Source of the DNA: an uncultured Chloroflexia bacterium
Lineage (GTDB): Bacteria; Chloroflexota; Limnocylindria; Limnocylindrales; CSP1-4
Assembly (NCBI GenBank): GCA_963767945.1
Contig: CAVYGH010000011.1
Coordinates: 98,896-162,895, forward strand
DNA: 64,000 bases
Direction: 5' to 3'
Of the stretch, positions 31,261 through 39,463 are shown piece after piece. The position numbers and the translations under genes are program-made. Positions within the stretch are counted from its first letter, which is position 1, and each line of letters begins with the position of its first letter. Below the pieces are notes generated by a model. The model did no database searches. It was not told where the DNA came from and saw nothing but the letters and a program-made list of their open reading frames with translations.

Positions 31261-31317
31261 TAGACGCCGTTTCCGGGCCTTCGGTATGATCCGGATCCAT
31301 TCACAGTGAATAGGATC
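31261..31317 (+). promoter_or_regulatory. kamA promoter with downstream palindromic operator
   Basis: TAGACG-N18-TATGAT followed by GATCC-ATTCAC-A-GTGAAT-A-GGATC. Confidence 0.5.
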
Positions 31318-31318
31318 T

Positions 31319-32935
31319 ATGCATCGGAGGGCCTGGATGGAGTCGGAGGCGCGCGTGCAGCACGAGCCGCGTTCGCTGGCGGCGGCGGACGAGACGCCGT
31401 TCGTCAACCAGCGCGACCCCGCGCGCAAGCTCGGGCCGGACGGCAAGCCGGCGGTCAGCCGGCGAGCGCCGCTGTGGGCCGACGTCCCCGATGAGAAGTG
31501 GAACGACTGGCGCTGGCAGCTCTCGAACCGGGTCAACGAGCTGGAGGAGATCGAGGGGATCCTCGAGCTGACCGACGAGGAGCGCGAGGGCCTGTCCGCA
31601 CCCGACAAGTTCCGGGTCGACGTCACGCCCTACTTCATCAGCCTGATCGATCCCAAGGACCCGGACGATCCGATCCGGCGCCAGATCATCCCGCTCGGGC
31701 GCGAGCTCACGAGCTTCACGGGGATGATGGAGGACAGCCTGGCGGAGGACCGGCACTCGCCCGTCCCCGGGCTCGTCCATCGCTACCCGGACCGCGTCCT
31801 GATGCTGATCACGACGCAGTGCGCCAGCTACTGCCGCTATTGCACGCGGAGCCGGATCGTCGGCGACCCCACCCAGAACTTCAACCGCCGCGAGCACGAG
31901 GCCCAGCTCGACTACATCCGCCGGACGCCCCAGATCCGCGACGTGCTGATCTCGGGCGGCGACGGCCTGACCCTCGCTCCGAAGCTGCTCGAATCGGCGA
32001 TCCGCGGCCTGCGCGAGATCCCCCACGTCGAGATCATCCGGATCGGCTCGCGCGTGCCGGTGTTCCTGCCGCAGCGGATCGACGAGGAGCTGGGCGAGAT
32101 GCTCGCCAAGTACCACCCGCTGTGGATGAACATCCACGTCAACCACCCCAACGAGATCACGCCCGAGCTCGCCCGCGCCTGCGACACGCTGAGCCGGGCC
32201 GGGATCCCGCTGGGCAACCAGTCGGTGCTGCTCGCCGGGGTCAACGACTGCGTCCACATCCAGCGCGAGCTCGTCCAGCGGCTGGTCGAGATCCGCACCC
32301 GGCCGTACTACATCTACCAGTGCGACCTGGTCGAGGGTGCCGGCCACTTCCGGACGCCGGTGGGCAAGGGGCTCGAGATCATCGAGGGCCTGCGTGGCCA
32401 CACGTCGGGCTACGCGGTCCCCCAGTTCATCGTCGACGCGCCCGGTGGCGGCGGCAAGATCCCGGTCATGCCGAACTACCTGGTCAGCTACTCGGACCAC
32501 AAGGTGATCCTCCGCAACTACGAGGGCTACATCACCACGTACGAGGAGCCGGCCGAGTACACGCCGCACGACAGCGCCCACTGCACGTACTGCCAGAACC
32601 CGCGGCCCGAGCCGGGCCAGGAGGGCATCACGGGCCTGCTCGACGGCAAGCGCATGTGGATCGAGCCCAAGGGCTTCGAGGAGGTCCACACCCGCGGCAC
32701 CGACGAGATGCACCGTCTCAAGGACCCGGCCAAGTGGGTGCCCTACGGCGTCGGCGCCATCGAGGGCCAGGCGACCGAGGCCGGCCGGGCGCTGCCCGTG
32801 CTCGAGCCGGGCGTCGCGGCGTCCGAGGCGAACGGCGGCAGCGGCGCGGCGCCCAAGCAGGTCTACGGCCCCGGCGAGGAGCCGCGGCCCGCCGAGGGCC
32901 TGCCGACCGCCAGCGCGAACCACGAGCTGCTCTAG
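31319..32935 (+). CDS. kamA: Lysine 2,3-aminomutase (KamA family radical SAM)
   Basis: WNDWRWQL, HRYPDRVL, CASYCRYCTR (CxxxCxxC), NQSVLL.GVND, GLRGHTSG, DAPGGGGKIP; true start may be ATG 31337 after GGAGG. Confidence 0.92.
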   Translation: MHRRAWMESEARVQHEPRSLAAADETPFVNQRDPARKLGPDGKPAVSRRAPLWADVPDEKWNDWRWQLSNRVNELEEIEGILELTDEEREGLSAPDKFRVDVTPYFISLIDPKDPDDPIRRQIIPLGRELTSFTGMMEDSLAEDRHSPVPGLVHRYPDRVLMLITTQCASYCRYCTRSRIVGDPTQNFNRREHEAQLDYIRRTPQIRDVLISGGDGLTLAPKLLESAIRGLREIPHVEIIRIGSRVPVFLPQRIDEELGEMLAKYHPLWMNIHVNHPNEITPELARACDTLSRAGIPLGNQSVLLAGVNDCVHIQRELVQRLVEIRTRPYYIYQCDLVEGAGHFRTPVGKGLEIIEGLRGHTSGYAVPQFIVDAPGGGGKIPVMPNYLVSYSDHKVILRNYEGYITTYEEPAEYTPHDSAHCTYCQNPRPEPGQEGITGLLDGKRMWIEPKGFEEVHTRGTDEMHRLKDPAKWVPYGVGAIEGQATEAGRALPVLEPGVAASEANGGSGAAPKQVYGPGEEPRPAEGLPTASANHELL

Positions 32936-32995
32936 GCGCGACCTTCGGACCGGCGCTCGCCCGACGCCTGAGGCGCCGCCTACAATCCCTTGCCC

Positions 32996-34291
32996 ATGGC
33001 CATCGCGACTCCCGCCGCGGTCCCCGAACCGGCGACGGTCGACACGGGGCGCTTCCGGTACGGCTGGATCGTCCTCGTCGTCGCCGCCGCGGTCATCCTG
33101 CTCGGTGCCGGCACCCGCGCGGCTCCGGGCGCCCTCCTCCTCGGCATCCAGGCCGACACCGGGTGGTCGGTCGCCCAGGTCTCGCTCGCCGGCGCGGCCG
33201 GGCTGCTGCTGCTCGGCCTGGGCGGACCGGTCTCGGGCGTCCTGATCGATCGCTTCGGCATCCGCCGGCTCACCGTCGGCGCGCTGCTGCTGACGGCGTT
33301 CGGGATGGGGGCGTCCTCGTTCTCCCGCGAGCTGTGGCAGCTGGTGCTCCTGTTCGGGCTGGTCGCCGGGTTCGGAGCGGGGCTCGTGGCGAGCTCGCTC
33401 GGCCCCGTCATCGCGAACCGCTGGTTCCTGCGCGGCCGGGGGGTGGTCGTCGGCCTGTTCGGGGCGAGTGCGAGCGCCGGGCAGCTCGTGTTCTTCCCGC
33501 TGCTCACGGTCATCGCCATCTCGTTCGGCTGGCGGGAGGCGACCCTCGTGCTGGCGGTGCTGCTGCTCGTCGCCATCGTGCCGGCGGCCCTGCTGCTCCG
33601 GGAGCGGCCGTCCGACGTCGGCGAACGGGCCCGCGGCGCGACCGCCGAGACCCCCGTCGAGCCCACGCATGCTGACCCGGGGATCATGCGTCGCGCGACC
33701 CGCTCGTGGGAGTTCTGGATCCTGGCCGGGACGTTCTTCATCTGCGGCGCGACGTCGAACGGGGTCGTCGGGCAGCACTTCATCGCGCATGCGGTCGATC
33801 ACGGGTTCACGCCGGTCACGGCGTCCGGCGCGCTGGCGGTGATGGGCGCGTTCAACTTCTTCGGCACGATCGCGTCCGGCTGGCTGACCGACCGCGTCGA
33901 CCCGCGGAAGCTGCTGCTCGTGTACTACACGTTCCGGGGCCTGAGCCTGCTGTACCTGCCGGCGATCCACGACAACGTCGACATGGTCGGGTTCGCCGTG
34001 CTGTTCGGGCTCGACTACATCGCCACCGTGCCGCCGACCGTGGCCCTCGTCGCGGACACCTTCGGCCGGCGCAACGTCGGCATCGTCTACGGCTGGGTGT
34101 ACTTCGCCCACATGTTCGGGGCCGCGATCCTCGCGGTGGTGGCGGGCGTGATCCGGGACAACGCGGGCACCTACACCGCGGCGTTCGTGTTCGCCGGCTG
34201 GCTGGCGGTGGTCGCCGGCCTCGCGGCGCTGGCCATCCGGCGACCCGGTCCCGCGGCGCCGGCCCCGGCGATCGGCATGGGCGCGGCGTGA
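32996..34291 (+). CDS. MFS transporter
   Basis: GVLIDRFGIRR motif A, NRWF..RG, FFICGATSNG, GWLTDR, GLDYIATVPPT; ~12 TM. Confidence 0.92.
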   Translation: MAIATPAAVPEPATVDTGRFRYGWIVLVVAAAVILLGAGTRAAPGALLLGIQADTGWSVAQVSLAGAAGLLLLGLGGPVSGVLIDRFGIRRLTVGALLLTAFGMGASSFSRELWQLVLLFGLVAGFGAGLVASSLGPVIANRWFLRGRGVVVGLFGASASAGQLVFFPLLTVIAISFGWREATLVLAVLLLVAIVPAALLLRERPSDVGERARGATAETPVEPTHADPGIMRRATRSWEFWILAGTFFICGATSNGVVGQHFIAHAVDHGFTPVTASGALAVMGAFNFFGTIASGWLTDRVDPRKLLLVYYTFRGLSLLYLPAIHDNVDMVGFAVLFGLDYIATVPPTVALVADTFGRRNVGIVYGWVYFAHMFGAAILAVVAGVIRDNAGTYTAAFVFAGWLAVVAGLAALAIRRPGPAAPAPAIGMGAA

Positions 34292-34485
34292 CCGCGCGCA
34301 AGAAGCCGCCGCTCGGGCAGTCGATCGGCGGCGTGCTGTTCGGCTTCGAGCAGCAGGTGTTCCGCAACCAGCCGCCGCCGCACGAGCTCGTGCATCACGC
34401 GCGGCCCGACTCGGCGGTCGCCGCCGGCGACGGGTCCGTGCTGACCATCGAGCTCCCGGGGACCGAGGACGACAGGAGGACGACC

Positions 34486-34977
34486 ATGACCGACATGCAG
34501 CTCCGCGAGCTGACCGAGCAGCGGACCGTCGCCGTCCGGGTGCAGCTCCCGATGGCCGAGGTCGACATGGGCGCGCTGTTCGGGCGCTACCTGCCGCTCG
34601 TGGGCGAGCGCCTCGGGGCGGCCGGCGTGACGCCCTCCGGGGCGCCGTTCGGCCGCTACCACCGCTGGGACGACGACGTCGCGGACGTCGAGATCGGGAT
34701 CCCGGTCGCCGAGGCGCCCGCCGGGATGCCCGCGCTGGCGGACGTCCAGCCGGGCGAGCCCGGCACGTCGACGCTGCCCGGCGGGCTCGCCGGCGTGGCG
34801 TTGCATGTCGGCTCGTACAACCGCCTGAAGGCCACCTACGACGAGCTCCACAACTGGATCCACGCCCAGGGGTACGAGGAGGGCAAGGGGCCGTGGGAGT
34901 CGTACATCGACGATCCGGCGGGCGCAGACCCGGCCACCCTCCGGACCGAGGTGATCTGGCCGACCGCAATCAGGTAG
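34486..34977 (+). CDS. GyrI-like small-molecule-binding protein (66-codon in-frame upstream extension from GTG 34288)
   Basis: AGGAGG RBS; GAPFGRYH, VEIGIPV, LPGG..LHVGSY..L..TY..L..WI, PWESY, LRTEVIWP. Confidence 0.85.
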   Translation: MTDMQLRELTEQRTVAVRVQLPMAEVDMGALFGRYLPLVGERLGAAGVTPSGAPFGRYHRWDDDVADVEIGIPVAEAPAGMPALADVQPGEPGTSTLPGGLAGVALHVGSYNRLKATYDELHNWIHAQGYEEGKGPWESYIDDPAGADPATLRTEVIWPTAIR

Positions 34978-35071
34978 GAGGATCGGGTATCTCCCCGATG
35001 GCGGCGAGGGCCCGTCGGACGAGCCTGTGCGTAGCCCGGTCGCCCGACCGGCGAGCACGCGGAGGCCCACG

Positions 35072-35311
35072 ATGCATCCCCTCGGCCTGTGGTTCGCGAT
35101 CCTGTTCCACCAGCGGCGCGCCCTCGAGCGTTCCCACAGCCTGCCGCCCGAGGAGCCCCTGCCGCCCGTCGACGACGCGACGCTCCGAGCCTGGCGCGCC
35201 TGGGCTCGCGGCGAACGACCGACCGCGCGACCGACCGCCGACCAGCGCCGCCTCACCGACCCGGCACCGGTCGCGCTGGCCGCGGACTCCCGCGCGAAGC
35301 AACCCGCCTGA
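35072..35311 (+). CDS. Small hypothetical protein (79 aa)
   Basis: GGAGG RBS, ATG, followed by a terminator-like hairpin; no recognisable family. Confidence 0.55.
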   Translation: MHPLGLWFAILFHQRRALERSHSLPPEEPLPPVDDATLRAWRAWARGERPTARPTADQRRLTDPAPVALAADSRAKQPA

Positions 35312-35333
35312 CCGCACCCGCCTCGAATCGAAA

Positions 35334-35357
35334 CGGCGCCGGGTCGCCCCGGCGCCG
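35334..35357. terminator. Bidirectional terminator hairpin
   Basis: CGGCGCCGGG-TCGC-CCCGGCGCCG between convergent genes; T-run on minus strand. Confidence 0.6.
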
Positions 35358-35381
35358 CCGATGCCCTGGAACCCGCCTGGG

Positions 35382-36248
35382 TCAGCCGACCGCGACGGGC
35401 TGGTTGACCTCGATCGGCACCCCGACCATCGAGCCCCACTCCGTCCACGAGCCGTCGTAGTTCCGGACGCGGCCGAAGCCGAGCAGCTCGTGCAGGACGA
35501 ACCACGAGAGCGACGACCGCTCGCCGATGCGGCAGTACGCGATCGTGTCCTTGTCGGCGGTGATGCCCTTGGCCTCGTAGAGCGCGGTGAGCTCCTCGGC
35601 GCTCTTGAACGTGCCGTCCTCGCGGACCTGCTGGGCCCACGGGATCGACGCCGCCCCGGGGATGTGCCCCGCGCGCTGGGCCGTCTCGGTCATGCCGGGC
35701 GGGGCGATGACCTCGCCGTTGAACTCGGCCGGGCTGCGCACGTCGACCAGCTGGAGCGAGGCGTCGCCGACCCGCGGCAGGATGTCGTCGCGGAACGCGC
35801 GCAGCGAGAAGTCGGCCTCGGGGAGCTGGTACCCGGACGCCGGGTACGACGGCACGTCGGTCGACAGCGGCAGGTTGTTGTCCAGCCAGAACTTGCGGCC
35901 GCCGTTGAGCAGGCGGACGTCGCGGTGCCCGTACAGCAGCAGCTGCCAGTACGCCCACGCGGCGAACCAGTTGTTGTTGTCGCCGTACAGCACGATCGTC
36001 GTGTCGCGCCCGATGCCGCTCTGGCTGAGCAGCTCGCTGAAGTCTTGGCGGGTCGCGATGTCGCGGCGCACGCCGTCGGACAGCTGGCTGGTCCAGTTCC
36101 AGCCGACGGCGCCTGGGATGTGGCTCTGGTCGTAGGCGGTGGTGTCGACGTCGACCTCGACGAACCGGATCGACGGATCGTCCAGGTGGGCCTTGGCCCA
36201 GTCGGCCGAGACGAGGACGTCGTCCTTGGCGTAGCCGGAAACGGTCAT
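35382..36248 (-). CDS. Double-domain thiosulfate sulfurtransferase (rhodanese, CysA/SseA-like)
   Basis: LVSADW, HIPGA, YGDNNNWFAA, DVRSPAEF.G, YCRIGERS active site, NYDGSWTEW; CAGGAG RBS. Confidence 0.93.
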   Translation of the reverse strand: MTVSGYAKDDVLVSADWAKAHLDDPSIRFVEVDVDTTAYDQSHIPGAVGWNWTSQLSDGVRRDIATRQDFSELLSQSGIGRDTTIVLYGDNNNWFAAWAYWQLLLYGHRDVRLLNGGRKFWLDNNLPLSTDVPSYPASGYQLPEADFSLRAFRDDILPRVGDASLQLVDVRSPAEFNGEVIAPPGMTETAQRAGHIPGAASIPWAQQVREDGTFKSAEELTALYEAKGITADKDTIAYCRIGERSSLSWFVLHELLGFGRVRNYDGSWTEWGSMVGVPIEVNQPVAVG

Positions 36249-36434
36249 GGGTGAGAGCTCCTGGTGGGACGTGGGGACGGGATCGGGCCCGGTCGGGGGT
36301 TCCGCGGACGGTCGGGCGCCGCGTCGCGGAGCGGGCGAGGTGTCGGCGGGCGGGCGGCCTAGACGGACCGGGCCCGCCACGGACACGCGCAGCGGCCCGG
36401 GGCGGAGGCGTCGAGTCGGATCGGCGGCGGCAGG

Positions 36435-36890
36435 TCAGCCACCGCTGGCCACACGGTCCCGCCGGGCGAACTCGTCGAGCGCGCGGCGGCACTCGTCGGC
36501 GGCACGCTGGGCCTGGCTGACGATCCAGGGATCCACCCGGCTCGAGTCCTCGATGGTGACCGTCGGGCCGGACGGCCCGTCGTCGAGGACGATCCCCGAC
36601 GCGTTCCGGTAGTCGGTCATCCAGTTGGCCTGGAGCGCGATCAGCGCGTCGGTCACGACCGCCCGCGTGAACAGCCAGTCGGTCCACGCCGCGTTGAGCC
36701 GGTCGACGACGTCGTCGAGGCGGATCGGCCGGCCACGTTCGAGGCGGGCGACGAGGTCGATGACGCGCACGGCCGCGAACGGGTCGCCGGTCTCGGCGAT
36801 CGTCGGGGGCTGGATCCGCGGGTCGGGGAGGCCGGTCGGGGCGGGGCGCCGGTCGTGCGTCCCGGGCTCGACGGTCGTCGGGGTCGTCAT
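36435..36890 (-). CDS. Hypothetical protein (151 aa), possibly winged-helix-like, upstream of rhodanese
   Basis: GC3-rich ORF, ordered-looking core GDPFAAVRVIDL..WTDWLF..LQANWMTDYR. Confidence 0.7.
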   Translation of the reverse strand: MTTPTTVEPGTHDRRPAPTGLPDPRIQPPTIAETGDPFAAVRVIDLVARLERGRPIRLDDVVDRLNAAWTDWLFTRAVVTDALIALQANWMTDYRNASGIVLDDGPSGPTVTIEDSSRVDPWIVSQAQRAADECRRALDEFARRDRVASGG

Positions 36891-36893
36891 CGC

Positions 36894-36918
36894 ATATCCG
36901 AGCGGAAAAGTCGGGATT
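36894..36918. promoter_or_regulatory. Rrf2/IscR-like 25-bp operator (copy 1)
   Basis: Minus strand AATCCCGACTTTTCCGCTCGGATAT between -10 TAGCCT and ATG. Confidence 0.7.
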
Positions 36919-37082
36919 GGAAGGCTAGCACAGCGATCCGGCGCTGGGAACCGGGACGAGCCGGCGCGTTTCAGGTAGCCCGTCAGGTCGTCGTCAGGCA
37001 CCCGCCCGATGGAGCAACCGGGCCGCGGATCGATGCTGCGGTCATCGCCGGAGGTACCGGCCAAGCCCCGAGGAGTGGACCG

Positions 37083-37292
37083 ATGCATGCAGATGCGATG
37101 TACGAAGAGGCGACCGCGAGGATCGCCGAGCACCACGCCTACGCCGCCCGGCAGCGCCTGGCGAACGAGGCTCGCGAGGCCCGCAAGCAGGCCATGGGCG
37201 CCGAGACCGATCCGTCGTTGCTGGACCGGATCCTGACGGCCCTGCGCAACGCCGCCAAGCCGGCGTCGCGGCCCACGACCGGAACCGCGTGA
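37083..37292 (+). CDS. Small hypothetical helical protein (69 aa)
   Basis: GAGGAG RBS, MHADAMYEEATARIAEHH..RQRLANEAR. Confidence 0.6.
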   Translation: MHADAMYEEATARIAEHHAYAARQRLANEAREARKQAMGAETDPSLLDRILTALRNAAKPASRPTTGTA

Positions 37293-37369
37293 TCGGGTGC
37301 GACCGCAAGCGCAGGACGCGCGGGCGGTCGCACCCCTTCAGCTTCGGGTCGGTCGGGCTGTCCGACCCG

Positions 37370-38221
37370 CTACAGGAGCCCCGGATTGGGCAGCTTGTGC
37401 AGCGGGTCGACGAGGTCGGCGGACGACGCCATGTACTGGTCCCGGTCGACGACCAGGAACCGGCGCTCCAGGAGGGCCTGGAGCAACGGGTTGGGCCCGG
37501 GGATGACGGCGTGGACCGGGCCGCCGCGGCCCGTGCGTCGGAGGGCCTCGAGGGCGGGGCCGACGAGGTCCGCGTCCGGCCGCACGACGAGTCGATCGAG
37601 CGCCCGGGCCTCGGACGCCTGGCGGGCGCGACCGTAACCCACGGCGACAGGCCCGGCGCGGTCGGACACGAGGAACGGATCGGCGTCGGCCTGCGTGGCC
37701 CAGAACTCGTGGTCGACGGGGCGGAACGCGCCCGTCCACGCCCGCTCGAGCTCCGCGAGCTGTGCCGGCTCCGCGGGCTCCACGTCGAGTCCGGGCTGGG
37801 GCTCGATCCCGCTCGACGGGCCGTCGAGATACAGGCACACCCAGCGCGGCGACATCCCGGCCCGCGCATACAGCGGCAGCGCCCGCGGATCGTCGGAGGC
37901 GAACGTCGTCCGGTTCGTCGTCCCCTCGTACAGCGCCGTCAGCAGCGGCCGGCCGATGCCCTGGCCCAGGCGGTCCGGCGCGACGAACAGGTCGCCCAGC
38001 TGGGCGGCGACCACGGCGTCGACCACGGCGCCGTACGCGACCAGGACGCCGTCGATCGTCGTGACCAGCGCCCGGTGGTGCGCGATGAGGTGGCGGACGT
38101 ACGGCCCGACGATGTCGGCGCCGTCGATCGGTCCGTCGTTGTGGTACGCAGCGAGCAGCCGGCGGATCGCCGGCAGGTCGTCGACCGTCGCGGACCGGAT
38201 CTCGGGCTCGCCGGCGATCAG
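37370..38221 (-). CDS. GNAT family N-acetyltransferase
   Basis: IRSATVDDLPAI, LGDLFVAPDRLGQGIGRPLL, ALPLYARAGM; the only coupled start seen is CTG overlapping the upstream TGA. Confidence 0.8.
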   Translation of the reverse strand: MIAGEPEIRSATVDDLPAIRRLLAAYHNDGPIDGADIVGPYVRHLIAHHRALVTTIDGVLVAYGAVVDAVVAAQLGDLFVAPDRLGQGIGRPLLTALYEGTTNRTTFASDDPRALPLYARAGMSPRWVCLYLDGPSSGIEPQPGLDVEPAEPAQLAELERAWTGAFRPVDHEFWATQADADPFLVSDRAGPVAVGYGRARQASEARALDRLVVRPDADLVGPALEALRRTGRGGPVHAVIPGPNPLLQALLERRFLVVDRDQYMASSADLVDPLHKLPNPGLL

Positions 38222-39420
38222 GTGCCCCTTCCGGCCCGCGGCCCGCGGTTGTAGCGCGCCAGCACGTCGAGCAGCCGCTCGTGGTCGAGGGCATGCGCCG
38301 TGATCCCGTCGCGGCCCGTCAGCGTCTCGGCCGCGAGCAGCGCGTTCACGACGGCGGCCTCGGTCGCCTCGACGGTCGCCTGGAAGAGCGGCGTCATGCG
38401 GTCGTCGAGCACCATCCGCACGTCGTGGGTCACGGGCGCGCCGTCGCCGGCCTCGTCGGTCGTGGTGAGTCCGCGGTTGCCCGTCGCGAACGCCAGGACG
38501 AGGTCGCCCGACGAGTGGTTGGCGGTGCTGCCCATGCGGGCGAGGCCGAGCCCGGCGCGCTGCGCGAGCCGCTCGCACTGGTGCGGCAGCAGCGGCGCGT
38601 CGGTCGCGACGATCACGATGATCGAGCCGGCCCCGGGCTCGGCCCTCGGTCCGCGGCCGGCCGCCTGCGCCGCCACCCGGACCACGTCGACCGCCGCTGC
38701 CTGCGCGTAGGGCGTCGGGACCGCGGTCGCCGGCAGCTCGATGCCGACCGGGACGCCGTCGACGCGCAGCTGCTCCCGCTCGCCGTAGTTCGCCTGGACG
38801 AGCACGCCGACCGTCCAGCCGCCGGCCGCGACCGCGACGACCCGCGACGCCGTGCCGATCCCGCCCTTGAACTCGTGGCAGACCATCCCCGTCCCGCCGC
38901 CGACGTTGCCCTGTTCCACCGGCCCGTCGTGCGCGCGGGCGATCGCGGCATCGACGTGCGCCGGCCGGACGTGGAGGCCGTCGATGTCGTTGAGCAGGCC
39001 GTCCCACGTCTCGCCAACGACCGGCAGCGACCACAGCCCGCCGCCCTTGCGCCGGTGGGCGATGGCGTTCGCGACGAGGGCGTCGCGGACCACGCCCACG
39101 CTGTGCGTGTTGGTGATCGCGACCGGCCCGCCGAGCAGTCCCGCCTCGCGGATCCACTCCAGGCCGGTGAGCTCGCCGTTGCCGTTCAGACGGTGGCAGC
39201 CGGCGAACACGGGCTCGGCCCAGACGTCGCCGTCGTGGGGCATGACGACGGTGACGCCGGTCCGGATAGGCCCCCGCCCGACTTCGAGCTCGCCGTCGCC
39301 CTCGATCAGCGTCTCGTGGCCGACGCGCAGGCCCCGCACGTCGGTGATCGCGTCGTGCTCGCCCGGCTCGAGGCGACCGATGCGGATCCCGAGCTCCCGA
39401 GCGGGCACGTTCCCTCCCAT
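38218..39420 (-). CDS. P1/S58 family peptidase (DmpA/BapA-like)
   Basis: AITDV.G..VGH, RTGVT, NGNGELTG, TNTHSVG, PVVGETWD, GGGTGM, QANYG, GSII, SGD..LAF. Confidence 0.92.
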   Translation of the reverse strand: MGGNVPARELGIRIGRLEPGEHDAITDVRGLRVGHETLIEGDGELEVGRGPIRTGVTVVMPHDGDVWAEPVFAGCHRLNGNGELTGLEWIREAGLLGGPVAITNTHSVGVVRDALVANAIAHRRKGGGLWSLPVVGETWDGLLNDIDGLHVRPAHVDAAIARAHDGPVEQGNVGGGTGMVCHEFKGGIGTASRVVAVAAGGWTVGVLVQANYGEREQLRVDGVPVGIELPATAVPTPYAQAAAVDVVRVAAQAAGRGPRAEPGAGSIIVIVATDAPLLPHQCERLAQRAGLGLARMGSTANHSSGDLVLAFATGNRGLTTTDEAGDGAPVTHDVRMVLDDRMTPLFQATVEATEAAVVNALLAAETLTGRDGITAHALDHERLLDVLARYNRGPRAGRGT

Positions 39421-39463
39421 ACGGTGCGACGCCGGTGCGGTGCGGCCCCCATATCATCGCCTC

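Noticed and set aside
11768-34969. Very long Arg/Pro/Ala-rich ORFs in the six-frame track (e.g. 11768-14884, 16028-18988, 27320-30670, 31301-34969)
   Set aside because: Shadow frames of high-GC genes; any real portions are annotated with corrected starts
36249-36434. Long GC-rich leader before the rhodanese as a possible SAM riboswitch
   Set aside because: No recognisable SAM-I/IV conserved core by eye; an Infernal/Rfam scan would be needed
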